From positions 288,001 through 352,000 of the forward strand of contig OZ219790.1 of assembly GCA_964291215.2 (NCBI GenBank): a DNA stretch of 64,000 nucleotides, read 5' to 3'. Both the position numbers and the translations under genes were made by a program. The notes under the pieces are model-generated. The model saw only the letters and a list, made by a program, of their open reading frames with translations. It was not told the DNA's origin and ran no database searches. The number at the start of each line of letters is the position of its first letter. Position 1 is the stretch's first letter. Source of the stretch: Alphaproteobacteria bacterium. GTDB taxonomy: Bacteria > Pseudomonadota > Alphaproteobacteria > MPNO01 > UBA830. Shown one piece after another: positions 54,067-64,000 of the stretch.

Positions 54067-57026
54067 GTGCCTGAGAAAAATATAAAATGACTTGATTTTT
54101 TTGGTGAAATCGTAATATGGAGGAGGGCGAAGAACCCGCTTTGGGGCGGGAATTGGCCGATCAGACCGGAAATCCGCCGGATTTTCGGAAAACTTCGCGA
54201 GAATTGCCATGCGAAACGTTCCACAACTGGAATTGGGCCAGGTTGCGATCGAGAAGATCGATCTCGGCGAAAACTCGCGGGATGACATGCGCGGGATTCA
54301 ACACGTGGATGCCGACCCGTCGACCCGGCTGCTCAGGATCCTGGAGGAGCGGATCTTTCCGGGAGTGTCCCACAGGAAAGCGCGTCCCGGCGCTGTGGAA
54401 GATCCTGGTGTCCTGAAGCAGGGCCCGGGGTATGACCTTATATGACTAGGTTTTGTCCCCTTGATGATGAAATCATCCACAGCAGTTGGGGGCGGGAAAA
54501 TGTGGATCTGTGGGAGAGTTATGGTTGCAGAGAGATTCCGCTCCCCTGAGCGAACATGCACAGGGGTGCGGGGATCAAACGATCTCCGCAGAGGTTGCCG
54601 TTTTGACCTTGACAGAGCCGCGATCGAGTTTGGTCGGCCAACCTCCCTTGACGTCCCTCGCTGGATGCTTGGGTTTGAACCCGTATCATCGTAAGGCGAG
54701 GAGCAAGGGACGATGGTCAAGATAGTAGCAGGGGTCAGCCAGTCTGGACATCTGGCGCATTGTTTTGCGAACGATGCCACGAGCTGGCGGGCAGGTGGCT
54801 TCGCGGCCTCGGGGTGAGCCGGGTGGTGGGCGACAGGCCGCTATCACCGCAAGGTTCACCAGTGTCTTCATGACCGGGGCTTCGAGGTTATTCTCGTCAA
54901 CCCGTTGCGGGCGCTTCGCCGAGGCGATGGGCCATCTGGCCAAAACCGACCGCGTCGACGCCAAGATCGGCTGGGCGATCTCGAGCCTGTGGCTCCGCCT
55001 TCCTCAAGAGCCTGGAGGATCTCCTGGTGCCGCGCTTGTCGACGCCAGGCAGGTGGCAGATGAGGTGGATGGCGAGACCGTCACAAGGGCCTCAGCGGCC
55101 GATCTCGATGACCGCATTGCCGGCGCGGCGATCAAAGCGGTGATCGCCGGTGATCCCGAGCAGAGGTACCCTGACCTCGATCCGGTGACCGCCGCGGCCC
55201 TTCTTTGCTGGATGCCCGAACTCGGCAGCGTCGGCAGCCTTGATCGGGGTGGCGCCGATGGCCAACGACAGCGGCCACGGTGCTCGGCATATCCGTGGCG
55301 GGCGCCGAAGGCCACGTGATCTCCTGTTCATGGCCGCAACCGGCACGCTTCAACGCGGACCTGGTGCGCCTCAAGACTGCCGGCAAGGCCCACAAGGTCG
55401 CGATTGTCGCCGTGATGCGCAAGCTCTGGCGAACACCCTGCTGCGACAGCAGCGTTGCCTGAAGCACCGGTGAGTGAGCGAAGGAGACACGGCCCTCACC
55501 CCTGCCGAGAGCGCGACCGGGACTGTCTCGACAGTCTCCCTCTACGACACGACTTGGGGAGAATGTCTGCAGATCATCGTCGAGGCCGACATCGAGGAGA
55601 CCGAACCGCCTTGGGACACCTGGAACCCGGACGGTCACGTGCCCGGGGACGGCAAGGTAGCCGCGTTCACGTGACCAATGGACGGCAACCCGCCGCCGGG
55701 ACCACAAGCTTCATGTCGCCTCGCTCTCAGAGCAAACCCCACACCGCTTGTGGACAACCACAGAAAACATCACCGCAGACACCCGCAAAAACCTTGCCAA
55801 GAAACATGGATGCTCGATCATCTGCACGAGCTGGTGAACGAGACGGTTCGCAAGTTCCCGGACCACGGCGATATCCGGGACAACACGAGGTACAGCTATC
55901 GGACGGTGCTGGAGAACGTGAGCCATCTGACGCCGGAAGTGCTGGAGAAGGTATCGCAGCTGGTGGCGGAGAGCGGCCATGCGATGGTCCGCAAGAGCAA
56001 GTCGGACGGGTCCTTTGCGGGGCCGCTGCGATTCGTTCGTGGTGCACTACCCGACGGACGTCAACCTGCTGTGGGATGCGATGCGTTGTCTGGTGCGCGG
56101 CCGCGCAGCCGTGCTCGCGGGGGTGGCGGCAGTGGCAGCATCGGAGCCGCGGGAAGCGCTTTCAGAAGGTTCGACAGACCCGGCGGCGGCGGATGGTACC
56201 TCGACGACAGCCGGGAGTTGGAGCGCAAGAGACGGTTCCGGCACTTGTGGAGAAGGGCGTCAAGGCCCTCGTGGTTCTCAAGGTCGTACCTCGAGCATGC
56301 CCGCCGGCAGATCGACCAGGTGGACCGCCGCCTAAGGCGAGAAGATCCCGCAGGAAGAGAAGGTGTTTTCGATCTTCGAGGAGCGCTGGTGCGTGAAGGG
56401 CAAGTGCCGGTGGAACTCGGCGTGCCGGTGGCCGTGCTGGAGGACCAGCACGGCTTCCTCCTGCACCACCGGATCCTGTGGGAGGGCAGTGACATGGACC
56501 ATGCGGTGCCCATGATCCGAGCAGTTTCGATCGCGGGTTCCACAGTCCCTCCAACCGGATTGCACTGGACGAGCTGCTGGACGCGCTGCCGAAGAAGGGA
56601 AAGCCTGGTCGGGCGGACCGGGAAGCTGACCCGACATTCCGGGAGATGCGCCGACAGCATCCGGCCGTGGAGTCGGCGATCAACAATCTTGAGCAACGCG
56701 GCATGGACCGGGTCCTGTGGGGCGGACGGCTTTGCGCGGATGGTGGCGCTGTCCATGGTCGCCTTCAATGTCCACCGCCTGCTGTTGCACAGACGGGCCC
56801 GACGACGGCGAAAACACGCCGCCTGACGGCGGCGTCCCTCCACCCCACCCGCAAAACCCGCCGAGAGCGAAAACGGAGCCGCTTGTCCGGCTTCTCGGCT
56901 GGAAGAGCCCTGATACCGCCGCGAATCAGCAGGAATCCCCCCGAAAACGGAGCGGGACCCGGAAGGGCGATCAAACCAGAAATTTCGCTGGAATCTCAAC
57001 CAAAACGGTCATTTCCGCGCGAGCAC
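54067..57026 (+). mobile_element. IS5/ISNCY-like element, degraded, interrupted by IS110
   Basis: QLELGQVAIEKIDL, VHYPTDVNLLWDAMRCL, VELGVPV and HPAVESAINNLE; GTGC ends; 6-bp TSD GAATTA. Confidence 0.8.
54439..55812 (+). mobile_element. IS110-family element, degraded (copy 2)
   Basis: Inverted near-copy of 51117-52550; AKTDRVDA; CT at 54437-54438 and 55813-55814. Confidence 0.85.
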
Positions 57027-57136
57027 GAATTAGCATGGGATCGTCGTGCTTCGGTTCGCCGAAGCATTGACATTCGCCGCGCCACGCTGGATGGTAAATT
57101 GGACTGGACCTTTCACAAGCAGGCTCAGCCAGGCTT

Positions 57137-59647
57137 ATGGATCTCGACATTCTCATCGCCCGGGCGTCGCCTCCGCCAGAGCGCGTCGGCGACGGGCCGT
57201 TCGTTCCGGCTCCCACCGACCCCGACTCCCGGGCTCGCCGCGAAGCAAGACTTCTCGATGCCTTCGGTTCGCGGCATGCGCTGGCCCGGCATGCCGAGGG
57301 GCTGGAGATGTCCGTGGACGCCTATTTGGCGAGGTTCGGCGAGGTCCGCCTGGAGGGTCCTGCGCCGGACTGGGGTTGCGCCTTTCGAGAAATCCTTGCC
57401 CGGCTGGCCAATACCGAAACGCCCTTTTCAGCCGTCTATCCGTGGGCACGCGGCTGCATCGAGGCGGAATGGCCCGACGGCCTGCCGCACAGCGCCGATG
57501 CGCTGGACGGGGCCATTTCCCATCTCGAATGGCGTTTCCGCGCGATCCTGATGCAGACCATGCGGTATGAAGCCAGGCTGGGAGCATCGGGAGTCACTTG
57601 GGCGGCGCGCTTCGCCCGCAGTCCCGCGCTGGCCTACGCACTTGGCCGCACGCTGGTCGACTGGCGTTCGGACCTCGTTCGGATGCTGCGCCATGCAGCC
57701 GACGACCGGGCCGAATTGTCCCGACGCTTTTTCGACGGCGGAGACCCCGGGTTGCTGGTCGGTATCGAACAGGGGCTCGGCGACCCGCACGCCGGAGGAC
57801 GGTCGGTTACCATCCTGCGCTTCGCCAACGGTTCGGTCGTATTCAAGCCCAAGGACCTGCGAATCGCCAAGGTGGTGCGGGAGATCGTCGGCCTGATCTC
57901 CAGCGTCGAACTTTCGCCGCCCTCCACGGTGCCACGTGCGGGCTATGCATGGGAAACGGAATACGCGCCGCAACCGGTCGCGGGCGCCGGAGATGCCGAC
58001 CAGTTCTACCGGGCGCTCGGCGGCTGGCTGGCCTTGCTCCAGGCCATGAACGCGACCGATTTCTGGTTCGACAACCTGATCGCCGACGGCGCCACGCCAC
58101 GGTTCGTGGATTTCGAGACGGTGTTGCAGCCGGTCTCGGCGTGGCCGCCCCGGATACGACGCCTGGTCGATGAGGAGGCGATCAGCTTCAACATGCGGGT
58201 GGCCAACATCGGCATATTGCCGCTTCAAATGTCGATCAGGGAGGGTCTGGAACCGACCGACCTGGGGTGCCTCTGTCAGCCGGGGGAACATCGCACGCCG
58301 ATGGGCAACTCAGAGAACGGGGGTCTGTTTGTCTGGAAGGAAGAGCGATATGCTCCGCGCTACGAGTCCGGCGATTTCGCGGACAGCGCGGCGCATTTCG
58401 ACGCCCTTGAGGACGGCTATCTCCGGGTCGCCCGGGAGCTGGGGTCGGTGGCGATGCAGGATCAGATCCTGGCCACGCTCGAAAGCGTACCGGACGCGCC
58501 GCTTCGCGTCCTCCTGATTGACACCTGGACCTGTTATCGGATCGTTCAGGAATCCCTCCTCCCCGGCACCCTGTCGGACGGCGTATGGCGCGAGATCGTT
58601 CTGCACAAGATGCTGCCTCGCCACGCCGAGCTGACTGGCCCTCTCCGGGAGGCGGCAGTGCGCGACATGCGCCGCCTCGACATCCCGCTGTTCCTGACTG
58701 CGCCGGCCTCTCGGGACCTTCTGGGGGTGGAGGGCGAGGCGTGGCGGAACGTGTTCGAGAAGGATGCTATAGCCACCATGCGCGCTGCCTTCGGGACAAT
58801 GGCTGCAGCGACCGAACGCGAACGGCTGGCGTGGCTGCGTTCGTCGTTTTCCCTGCGCTCCGCCAATCCGCCTCGGCAGACGCCGGATCGCGGCCGACCG
58901 GCGTCGGCAAAGTCAGGAGATCTTCTGGCCTGGGCGGATCAGATCGCTACCGAAGTTCGGGACCTCGCCGTGACGAACGAGTGCGGGTATCCAACCTGGG
59001 TTGGCATCGTGCACGAGGTTCACTTCGGAATGCGTTGCATGGCGCCGCTCCCCATCGACATCCTGTCCGGCCGCGCAGGAATCGCTCAAGCGTTGCTCGA
59101 GTTGGGTGAAAGGCTCGGTCGTGCAGATCTGGCGGCCCTCGCGCGCGAGACCCTGAAGGGGGCGGCGCGCGATTATGCCGAGGCCATGGACTTCAGCCAG
59201 GACCTGGGAGTCGGATACGCGGTCGGCGCCGGCGGCCTCCTACACATGTTGGTGCGCGAGCCCTTTCTGCGGGACGATGCGCAAATGGTCTACCAAAGCG
59301 CTGCGGCAAAGGAAGCGTGGATGCAGTCCGGGAGCGACTTCGTGTCCGGCCTCGCTGGTTGGAAGGACGCGGTGCTGGCTCTCGGCGGCACGGTTCCGAA
59401 GCGGCACGGGCCACAACGGCCTTATGCGCCTTCGGCCCTGCCTCGACTTGCTCCCTGGCTGGACCCCGGCCATGCAAAGCCGGTCTGTGCCAACCGACGG
59501 GTGGCAGCGCTCATGAGGCGAGACCGTGATCGACTGGGAAGCTGGTTCGCCGAGAGATGGGCCGATGATCGGCACGATCTCTCGGGGGTGGATGGAATAC
59601 CCGCGCTTGCCGTCGCCTTCGTGCGTCTGGCGGACGGCCCGGCATAG
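57137..59647 (+). CDS. LanM-like protein: DUF4135 dehydratase domain plus a short, degenerate LanC-like domain
   Basis: GLGDPHAGGRSV, FKPKDL, TDFWFDN, VDFET, RVLLIDT, LDIPLF and DILSGRAGIA; no WCHG or CHG Zn motifs. Confidence 0.85.
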   Translation: MDLDILIARASPPPERVGDGPFVPAPTDPDSRARREARLLDAFGSRHALARHAEGLEMSVDAYLARFGEVRLEGPAPDWGCAFREILARLANTETPFSAVYPWARGCIEAEWPDGLPHSADALDGAISHLEWRFRAILMQTMRYEARLGASGVTWAARFARSPALAYALGRTLVDWRSDLVRMLRHAADDRAELSRRFFDGGDPGLLVGIEQGLGDPHAGGRSVTILRFANGSVVFKPKDLRIAKVVREIVGLISSVELSPPSTVPRAGYAWETEYAPQPVAGAGDADQFYRALGGWLALLQAMNATDFWFDNLIADGATPRFVDFETVLQPVSAWPPRIRRLVDEEAISFNMRVANIGILPLQMSIREGLEPTDLGCLCQPGEHRTPMGNSENGGLFVWKEERYAPRYESGDFADSAAHFDALEDGYLRVARELGSVAMQDQILATLESVPDAPLRVLLIDTWTCYRIVQESLLPGTLSDGVWREIVLHKMLPRHAELTGPLREAAVRDMRRLDIPLFLTAPASRDLLGVEGEAWRNVFEKDAIATMRAAFGTMAAATERERLAWLRSSFSLRSANPPRQTPDRGRPASAKSGDLLAWADQIATEVRDLAVTNECGYPTWVGIVHEVHFGMRCMAPLPIDILSGRAGIAQALLELGERLGRADLAALARETLKGAARDYAEAMDFSQDLGVGYAVGAGGLLHMLVREPFLRDDAQMVYQSAAAKEAWMQSGSDFVSGLAGWKDAVLALGGTVPKRHGPQRPYAPSALPRLAPWLDPGHAKPVCANRRVAALMRRDRDRLGSWFAERWADDRHDLSGVDGIPALAVAFVRLADGPA

Positions 59648-60074
59648 GCGGCAGTCTCCCGACGGGCTGTGGGGCCTGTCGTCAGGAGATACCGGGCCGC
59701 GGCTCCGCTGGCGAGAACCCGGCACCCGGGCAGCGCCCGCGGCTGGGCCTATGTCGACAGTGCGGGAGGCCTTCTTCAGGACTGTCTCGCCGCCGGGCCA
59801 GCGCCCAAGAACAGCACGGTCCGACTCCGCCACGCCGCCCGGCGCATCGCCGACAGGATCGACGAAGTTAACCCGCGAGCGCATCCCGCGTAAGCTTCCA
59901 TGGAAAACTGTCTGTGGTTTTTGTCTGGTATCGTCGAGAGTGGGCGCTGGTGAGTAAGCGCACGTCATGATTGTCCACGAAGGACAAGTGGACATTATGG
60001 GAATGTCGGACGCAGCCGAGCATGCGGGTTCGACGGCAAGCATGGCGTGACGATCGTCTCGGGTGCCGGCGGCT

Positions 60075-61332
60075 GATATCCTAGGCTGCCATGTGGTCAT
60101 ATGATATTGTAGCGGCGCCGCCATGCTTCAATGAGGATCCGGGCCTCGTTCAGGCTGTGGAAGATCTCTCCGTCGAGGAGCTCGTCGCGGAGCCGGGCGT
60201 TGGAGCTTTTGATGTAGCCGTTCTCCCGGAGCGAGCCCGGCTCGATGAAAGCGGTGCGGGCGCCGACTGCAGCGATCCACCGCCTGACCGCCCCGGCGAC
60301 GAACTCCAGTCCGTTGTCGGAGCGGATGTGGTCAGGGACGCGGCGCAGGATGACCAGATCGGTCAGCACGTCGATGACGTCGATCGGGGAGAGCTTGCGC
60401 CGAACCCGGATCGCAGGGCTCTTCTTTTGTTCGGTTTGGTCCGACGAGGGGGCGTTGTAGGCAGATCTGGAGATCCATTCGGGAGCGGATTTCGTTGTCG
60501 ATATGCCGGTTCCGACCTTGAGACGGTGCCACCAACTTCAAGAACGGCCACTCTGACACGGTTGTCCGCAGGGTGCAGTTCTCGTATGGCGAATCCAAGC
60601 CATTGATTTAACACGGTTGTGTGGTCACGAAGCAGCGGCGAAAACGGGTTTTCGTGACAATCGCCCGTTTCAGGACAGGATTTTGTCACGACCTTCGCGG
60701 CATCGACAGGGTGATCCGGGCGCTGCGCCACCTTCGCGACACCGCGGCGCTAACGGGCCGACAGGGAACTGTCCTTCTTCCGCAAGCATCGCCACCGCAT
60801 GCGCTACCACGCGCTGAAGCAACCGGCTCGGGAATTGTCGAGGCGGCGACCCTCGTCACACGGCGCATGAAACGCTCCGGCATGCGCTGGCGCATCGTCG
60901 GCGGACAATCACCTTCCGCGCCCTGCTCGAATCCGGCCGCTTCGAGAGCGCGTGGACGGCCATGATCGGTGCAGATGACGCACCAGCCAACGACAACATC
61001 AGCCCAAATCACACCCCGGCACTGTGAGATGAACAAATGGTACTGGGCCTGCAACCGTGCCATACAAGCTCTCACCCTGTCCGCCGCCGATCGCGACAAC
61101 AGAATGGTCCTGCCTGGAGAACGGAGCCCTGCAGGTGCGCATCCTCGGCACCGCCAGCAACGCGCGTGACGCCGACATCGCCGGACTGCTCGACGAACTC
61201 AACCGGACGCGCACGGTCTTCCCCGGAACCGGGCTCCGCATGGTCTACGAACTGCCAGACAACGCACGCAAACTCGGCCCAGAAGCATCACCCTGATTGG
61301 AAAAACTCGAATCCGAGGTCAGGACGTCTAAA
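60075..61332. mobile_element. IS mosaic: IS3 integrase core, piece of the block-2 outer element, ISKra4-like shard, tail of the unclassified transposase
   Basis: HIRSDNGLEF and NARLRDELL (minus); GSGIVEAA and RMKRSGMRW; tail similar to 48570-48737 ending GAGGTCAGGACGTCTA; boundaries approximate. Confidence 0.72.
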
Positions 61333-61468
61333 GATGGTGCGCAGATCGGACAGTGGAACCGCTTTGTTCTTGCCTGGATTGCCGATCTGTTCCGCCAGAA
61401 CAGATATGGAAACGCGAATTCGCGTCTCCCAGCGCGGGCATAGCAAACCGCCATCCGGCCATTGAAGT

Positions 61469-63841
61469 CTATGCCGTTCCCAGCACCTCAAGCAGGTGCT
61501 CGGGCGTAAACGGCTGCCGGCTGACCTGCACGCCTAGCGGGCGCAACGCGTCGTTTACGGCGCACCAGAGGGCGGCGATGGCACCAATCGTGCCGGATTC
61601 GCCGATACCGTTAGCGCCGAGTGCGGTCACTCCGGTCGGCGTTTCGATATGCGCAATGCTGATATCCGGCATTTCGGTCGCCATCGGCAACAGGTAATCG
61701 GCCAGCGTCGCATTCTGGATCTGCCCGTAATCGTCATAGATCAGGTGCTCGTAAAGACTGTTGCCGATCCCCTGAATGATCCCGCCCCGAAGCTGTTCGT
61801 CAACCAGCAAAGGATTGACCACGCGCCCGCAGTCATCGACTACCCACCAGCCGAGAATCCGGATGAAGCCGGTCTCGACATCGATCTCGACATGGGCGCC
61901 CTGCACGCCGTTGGCGATATAGTAATTGACCGGTGGAACATGATGTCTGGTGACCATGAGTTCCGGCTGTGCGCCTGGCGGCAGGGTGTCCTGCCGGAAA
62001 TACCCGATCCGCGCCAGTTCGCCGAGACCCATCCGCGCCTCGCCGGTTGCGGCGTCGCGTATCTCGCCATCGGCAAGAGTCAGAGTCCCGGCCTCGGCCT
62101 GGAGAACCGAACCCGCCAGATCGAGTATGTTCGCCTTGAGAGCCCGGCCCGCCTGCAGCGCGGCCTCACCGCCGATCGCCATGCCCCGGGAGGCCCACGC
62201 GCCACCGCCATAAGGGGTTACCGCGCTGTCGCCGGCCACGATATCGATATCTTCCATCCCGACACCGAGCTGGTCGGCAACGACTTGTGCGATCGCCGTC
62301 AGAGTTCCCTGCCCCTGATCGGTGATGCTGGTAAGGCACCGAACGACGCCTGAAGGTTCCAGCTTTACCGTGCATCCGTCCTGAGTGGAAACCCTCGCTC
62401 CGGACGGGCCGTAGTAGCCAGGCCCAAAGGCCGCACCCTCTACGAACGCGGCTACGCCGATACCACGGATCACCCCCTCGTTCCGCAAACGCAGCTGCTC
62501 GGCGCGCAAAGCTTGATAATCCATGATCTCGACGCAGGCATCGAGGCACTGGTGCATCGACATATGCTTCGCCTCGTAGCCACCGATCGTGGTCAGCGGA
62601 TAATCTTCCTCAGCGTGAAAGTTCTGGCGCCGGAAGGCAACCGGATCGATTTCGGCCGCGGCCGCAGCCTGGTCGACCATGAGTTCTGTCACCGCGCAGC
62701 CGATCGGCACGCCGACGCCGCGGAACATGCCGACGATGCCCTTGTTAACATACGCTACCCGCGTCCTGCCGTGATAATCCGTCAGGCTGTACGGCGCCCC
62801 CGCGCTCATGATCGCCATCATGCCTTCGGCAAGGCCGAAGCGGATATAGGCCGTATAGGGTCCGACCGACAGGACATTGTCCATATCCATCGCAACCAGC
62901 CTGCCATCGGCATCCACTGCCATCCGGGCAGTGACGACATGGTCACGGGTTTGGCAGTCAGCGGCGAAGGACTCGAGGCGGTCGGCCGTGAACTTGACCG
63001 GACGCGCCAGCAGCTTCGCGATCGCGGCCACCGCCAACTCCTCGCCGTGAACGTTGATCTTCAATCCGAACCCGCCGCCAATATCCGGCGTGATCACCCG
63101 CACCCTGTGTTCGGGGATCCCGAGATGGCGGCAATAGACGTCCTGCATCTGGAACGGAGATTGATGAGACTGGTGAACGGTCAGGCGTTCTTCGACCGGA
63201 TCCCAATCCGCGAGGATCACTCGCCCTTCCAGCGTGACGGCAGTGTGGCGGCCGAACACGAACCGGTGTTCGACGACATAGGCTGCGTTGGCGAGTACGG
63301 TTCCGGCATCGCCATTGTCGATTTCATGTTGAAAGCACAGATTGTCACCGAGACCGGGATGGATGACCGGACTTGTGGCTGAGAGAGCCACCTCCGTATC
63401 GGTGACCACGGGCAACTCTTCCCATTCGATCGCGACGAGTTCTGCCGCGTCCTCCGCTTCCGCCCGGCTCGTAGCGACTACGGCAACGACGGGCTCGCCC
63501 TGGAAGCAGGCTCTGTCGACAGCCAGAACATGCTGGACGGCGGACTTGTGACCCGGACGGTGCGCGGCCACGGCATGCATGGGCTGACATATGTCCGCAA
63601 GATCAGCGCCGGTGACGATGCCGACGACTCCGCCCGCCGCCGCCGCGGCAACGGTATCGATGTTCAGGATTCTCGCATGGCCGTAGGGGCTCCGCACGAA
63701 CGCCACATGCAGCATGTGCGGAACGGAAATATCATCCGTATAGCGACCCTTGCCGTGAATCAGGCGGCGCACGTTCGGACGTGCCACTCGCTTTCCGACC
63801 AGGAAGCCGGGACCGGAAGCCCCATCGCCCGAACCACTCAT
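61469..63841 (-). CDS. Xanthine dehydrogenase-family molybdopterin-binding large subunit (CoxL-like)
   Basis: GKGRYTDD, RSPYGHA, IGGGFGLK, QGQG, VNPLLVDEQLRGG and GIGESG. Confidence 0.93.
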   Translation of the reverse strand: MSGSGDGASGPGFLVGKRVARPNVRRLIHGKGRYTDDISVPHMLHVAFVRSPYGHARILNIDTVAAAAAGGVVGIVTGADLADICQPMHAVAAHRPGHKSAVQHVLAVDRACFQGEPVVAVVATSRAEAEDAAELVAIEWEELPVVTDTEVALSATSPVIHPGLGDNLCFQHEIDNGDAGTVLANAAYVVEHRFVFGRHTAVTLEGRVILADWDPVEERLTVHQSHQSPFQMQDVYCRHLGIPEHRVRVITPDIGGGFGLKINVHGEELAVAAIAKLLARPVKFTADRLESFAADCQTRDHVVTARMAVDADGRLVAMDMDNVLSVGPYTAYIRFGLAEGMMAIMSAGAPYSLTDYHGRTRVAYVNKGIVGMFRGVGVPIGCAVTELMVDQAAAAAEIDPVAFRRQNFHAEEDYPLTTIGGYEAKHMSMHQCLDACVEIMDYQALRAEQLRLRNEGVIRGIGVAAFVEGAAFGPGYYGPSGARVSTQDGCTVKLEPSGVVRCLTSITDQGQGTLTAIAQVVADQLGVGMEDIDIVAGDSAVTPYGGGAWASRGMAIGGEAALQAGRALKANILDLAGSVLQAEAGTLTLADGEIRDAATGEARMGLGELARIGYFRQDTLPPGAQPELMVTRHHVPPVNYYIANGVQGAHVEIDVETGFIRILGWWVVDDCGRVVNPLLVDEQLRGGIIQGIGNSLYEHLIYDDYGQIQNATLADYLLPMATEMPDISIAHIETPTGVTALGANGIGESGTIGAIAALWCAVNDALRPLGVQVSRQPFTPEHLLEVLGTA

Positions 63842-64000
63842 GGCACCCACTGCGCCTTCGAGGCGGCCTCCACCGCATCAATGATGGACTGATAGCCGGT
63901 ACATCTGCAAAGATTGCCCGAGAGGTGGTCGCGAATTCCGTCACGATCCAGCGCGACCCCGGATTCCAGCAGTTCGGCAGCCGTCAGAACCATGCCCGGA
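63838..64000 (-). CDS. (2Fe-2S) small subunit (CoxS-like), partial
   Basis: PGMVLTA and LSGNLCRCTGY; ATGA overlap with the large subunit. Confidence 0.9.
   Translation of the reverse strand, partial: PGMVLTAAELLESGVALDRDGIRDHLSGNLCRCTGYQSIIDAVEAASKAQWVP

Larger units (their letters stand above)
49100..57048. mobile_element. Nested IS block 2; the outer element has the same ends as the 10258 MITE
   Basis: TIRs CACGGTGATCCCACGCT / AGCATGGGATCGTCGTG; 9-bp TSD CTTCGGTTC at 49091-49099 and 57049-57057. Confidence 0.88.

Noticed and set aside
59650-60075. Additional RiPP gene downstream of the LanM-like gene
   Set aside because: Only short ORFs with no leader motif, RBS support or recognisable domain.
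61469-63841. Aerobic CO dehydrogenase (form I coxL)
   Set aside because: The active-site loop reads GMFRGVG, not AYxCSFR; the substrate is unknown.
1-64000. CRISPR array, rRNA or group II intron
   Set aside because: No regular repeat-spacer array, rRNA signature or RT motif was seen; the repeats are explained by IS ends.

Overview
GC-rich window, probably alphaproteobacterial, with four intact gene blocks separated by nested, heavily decayed IS elements. (1) 1-10.2 kb: housekeeping and metabolic genes (ALDH, TauE, SDR, cysQ, tsaC, FAD oxidoreductase, acyl-CoA dehydrogenase, speD, speE). (2) A Fic gene beside a tRNA-Met-type att scar. (3) 17.8-24.7 kb: an amidase, a cysteine hydrolase and an Urt-like amide ABC transporter. 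(4) 28.4-43.7 kb plus 57.1-59.6 kb: a nitrile-hydratase-leader (NHLP/proteusin) RiPP cluster. The cluster encodes two precursors with 37-aa cores built from 12 (S/T/C)-hydrophobic-(G/S) triads, a leader-only protein, two E1-YcaO cyclodehydratases (one frameshifted), a SagB/ThcOx-type oxidase, the NHLP ABC/HlyD/TolC export set, and a LanM-like dehydratase without a recognisable Zn cyclase site. Target-site duplications indicate that the 13.5 kb between the precursors and the LanM-like gene is two nested IS blocks inserted into an ancestral 273-bp divergent promoter region. The IS relics show short microhomology-bounded deletions. The window ends in CoxL/CoxS-like molybdoenzyme genes. All calls come from manual motif reading; no searches were run.
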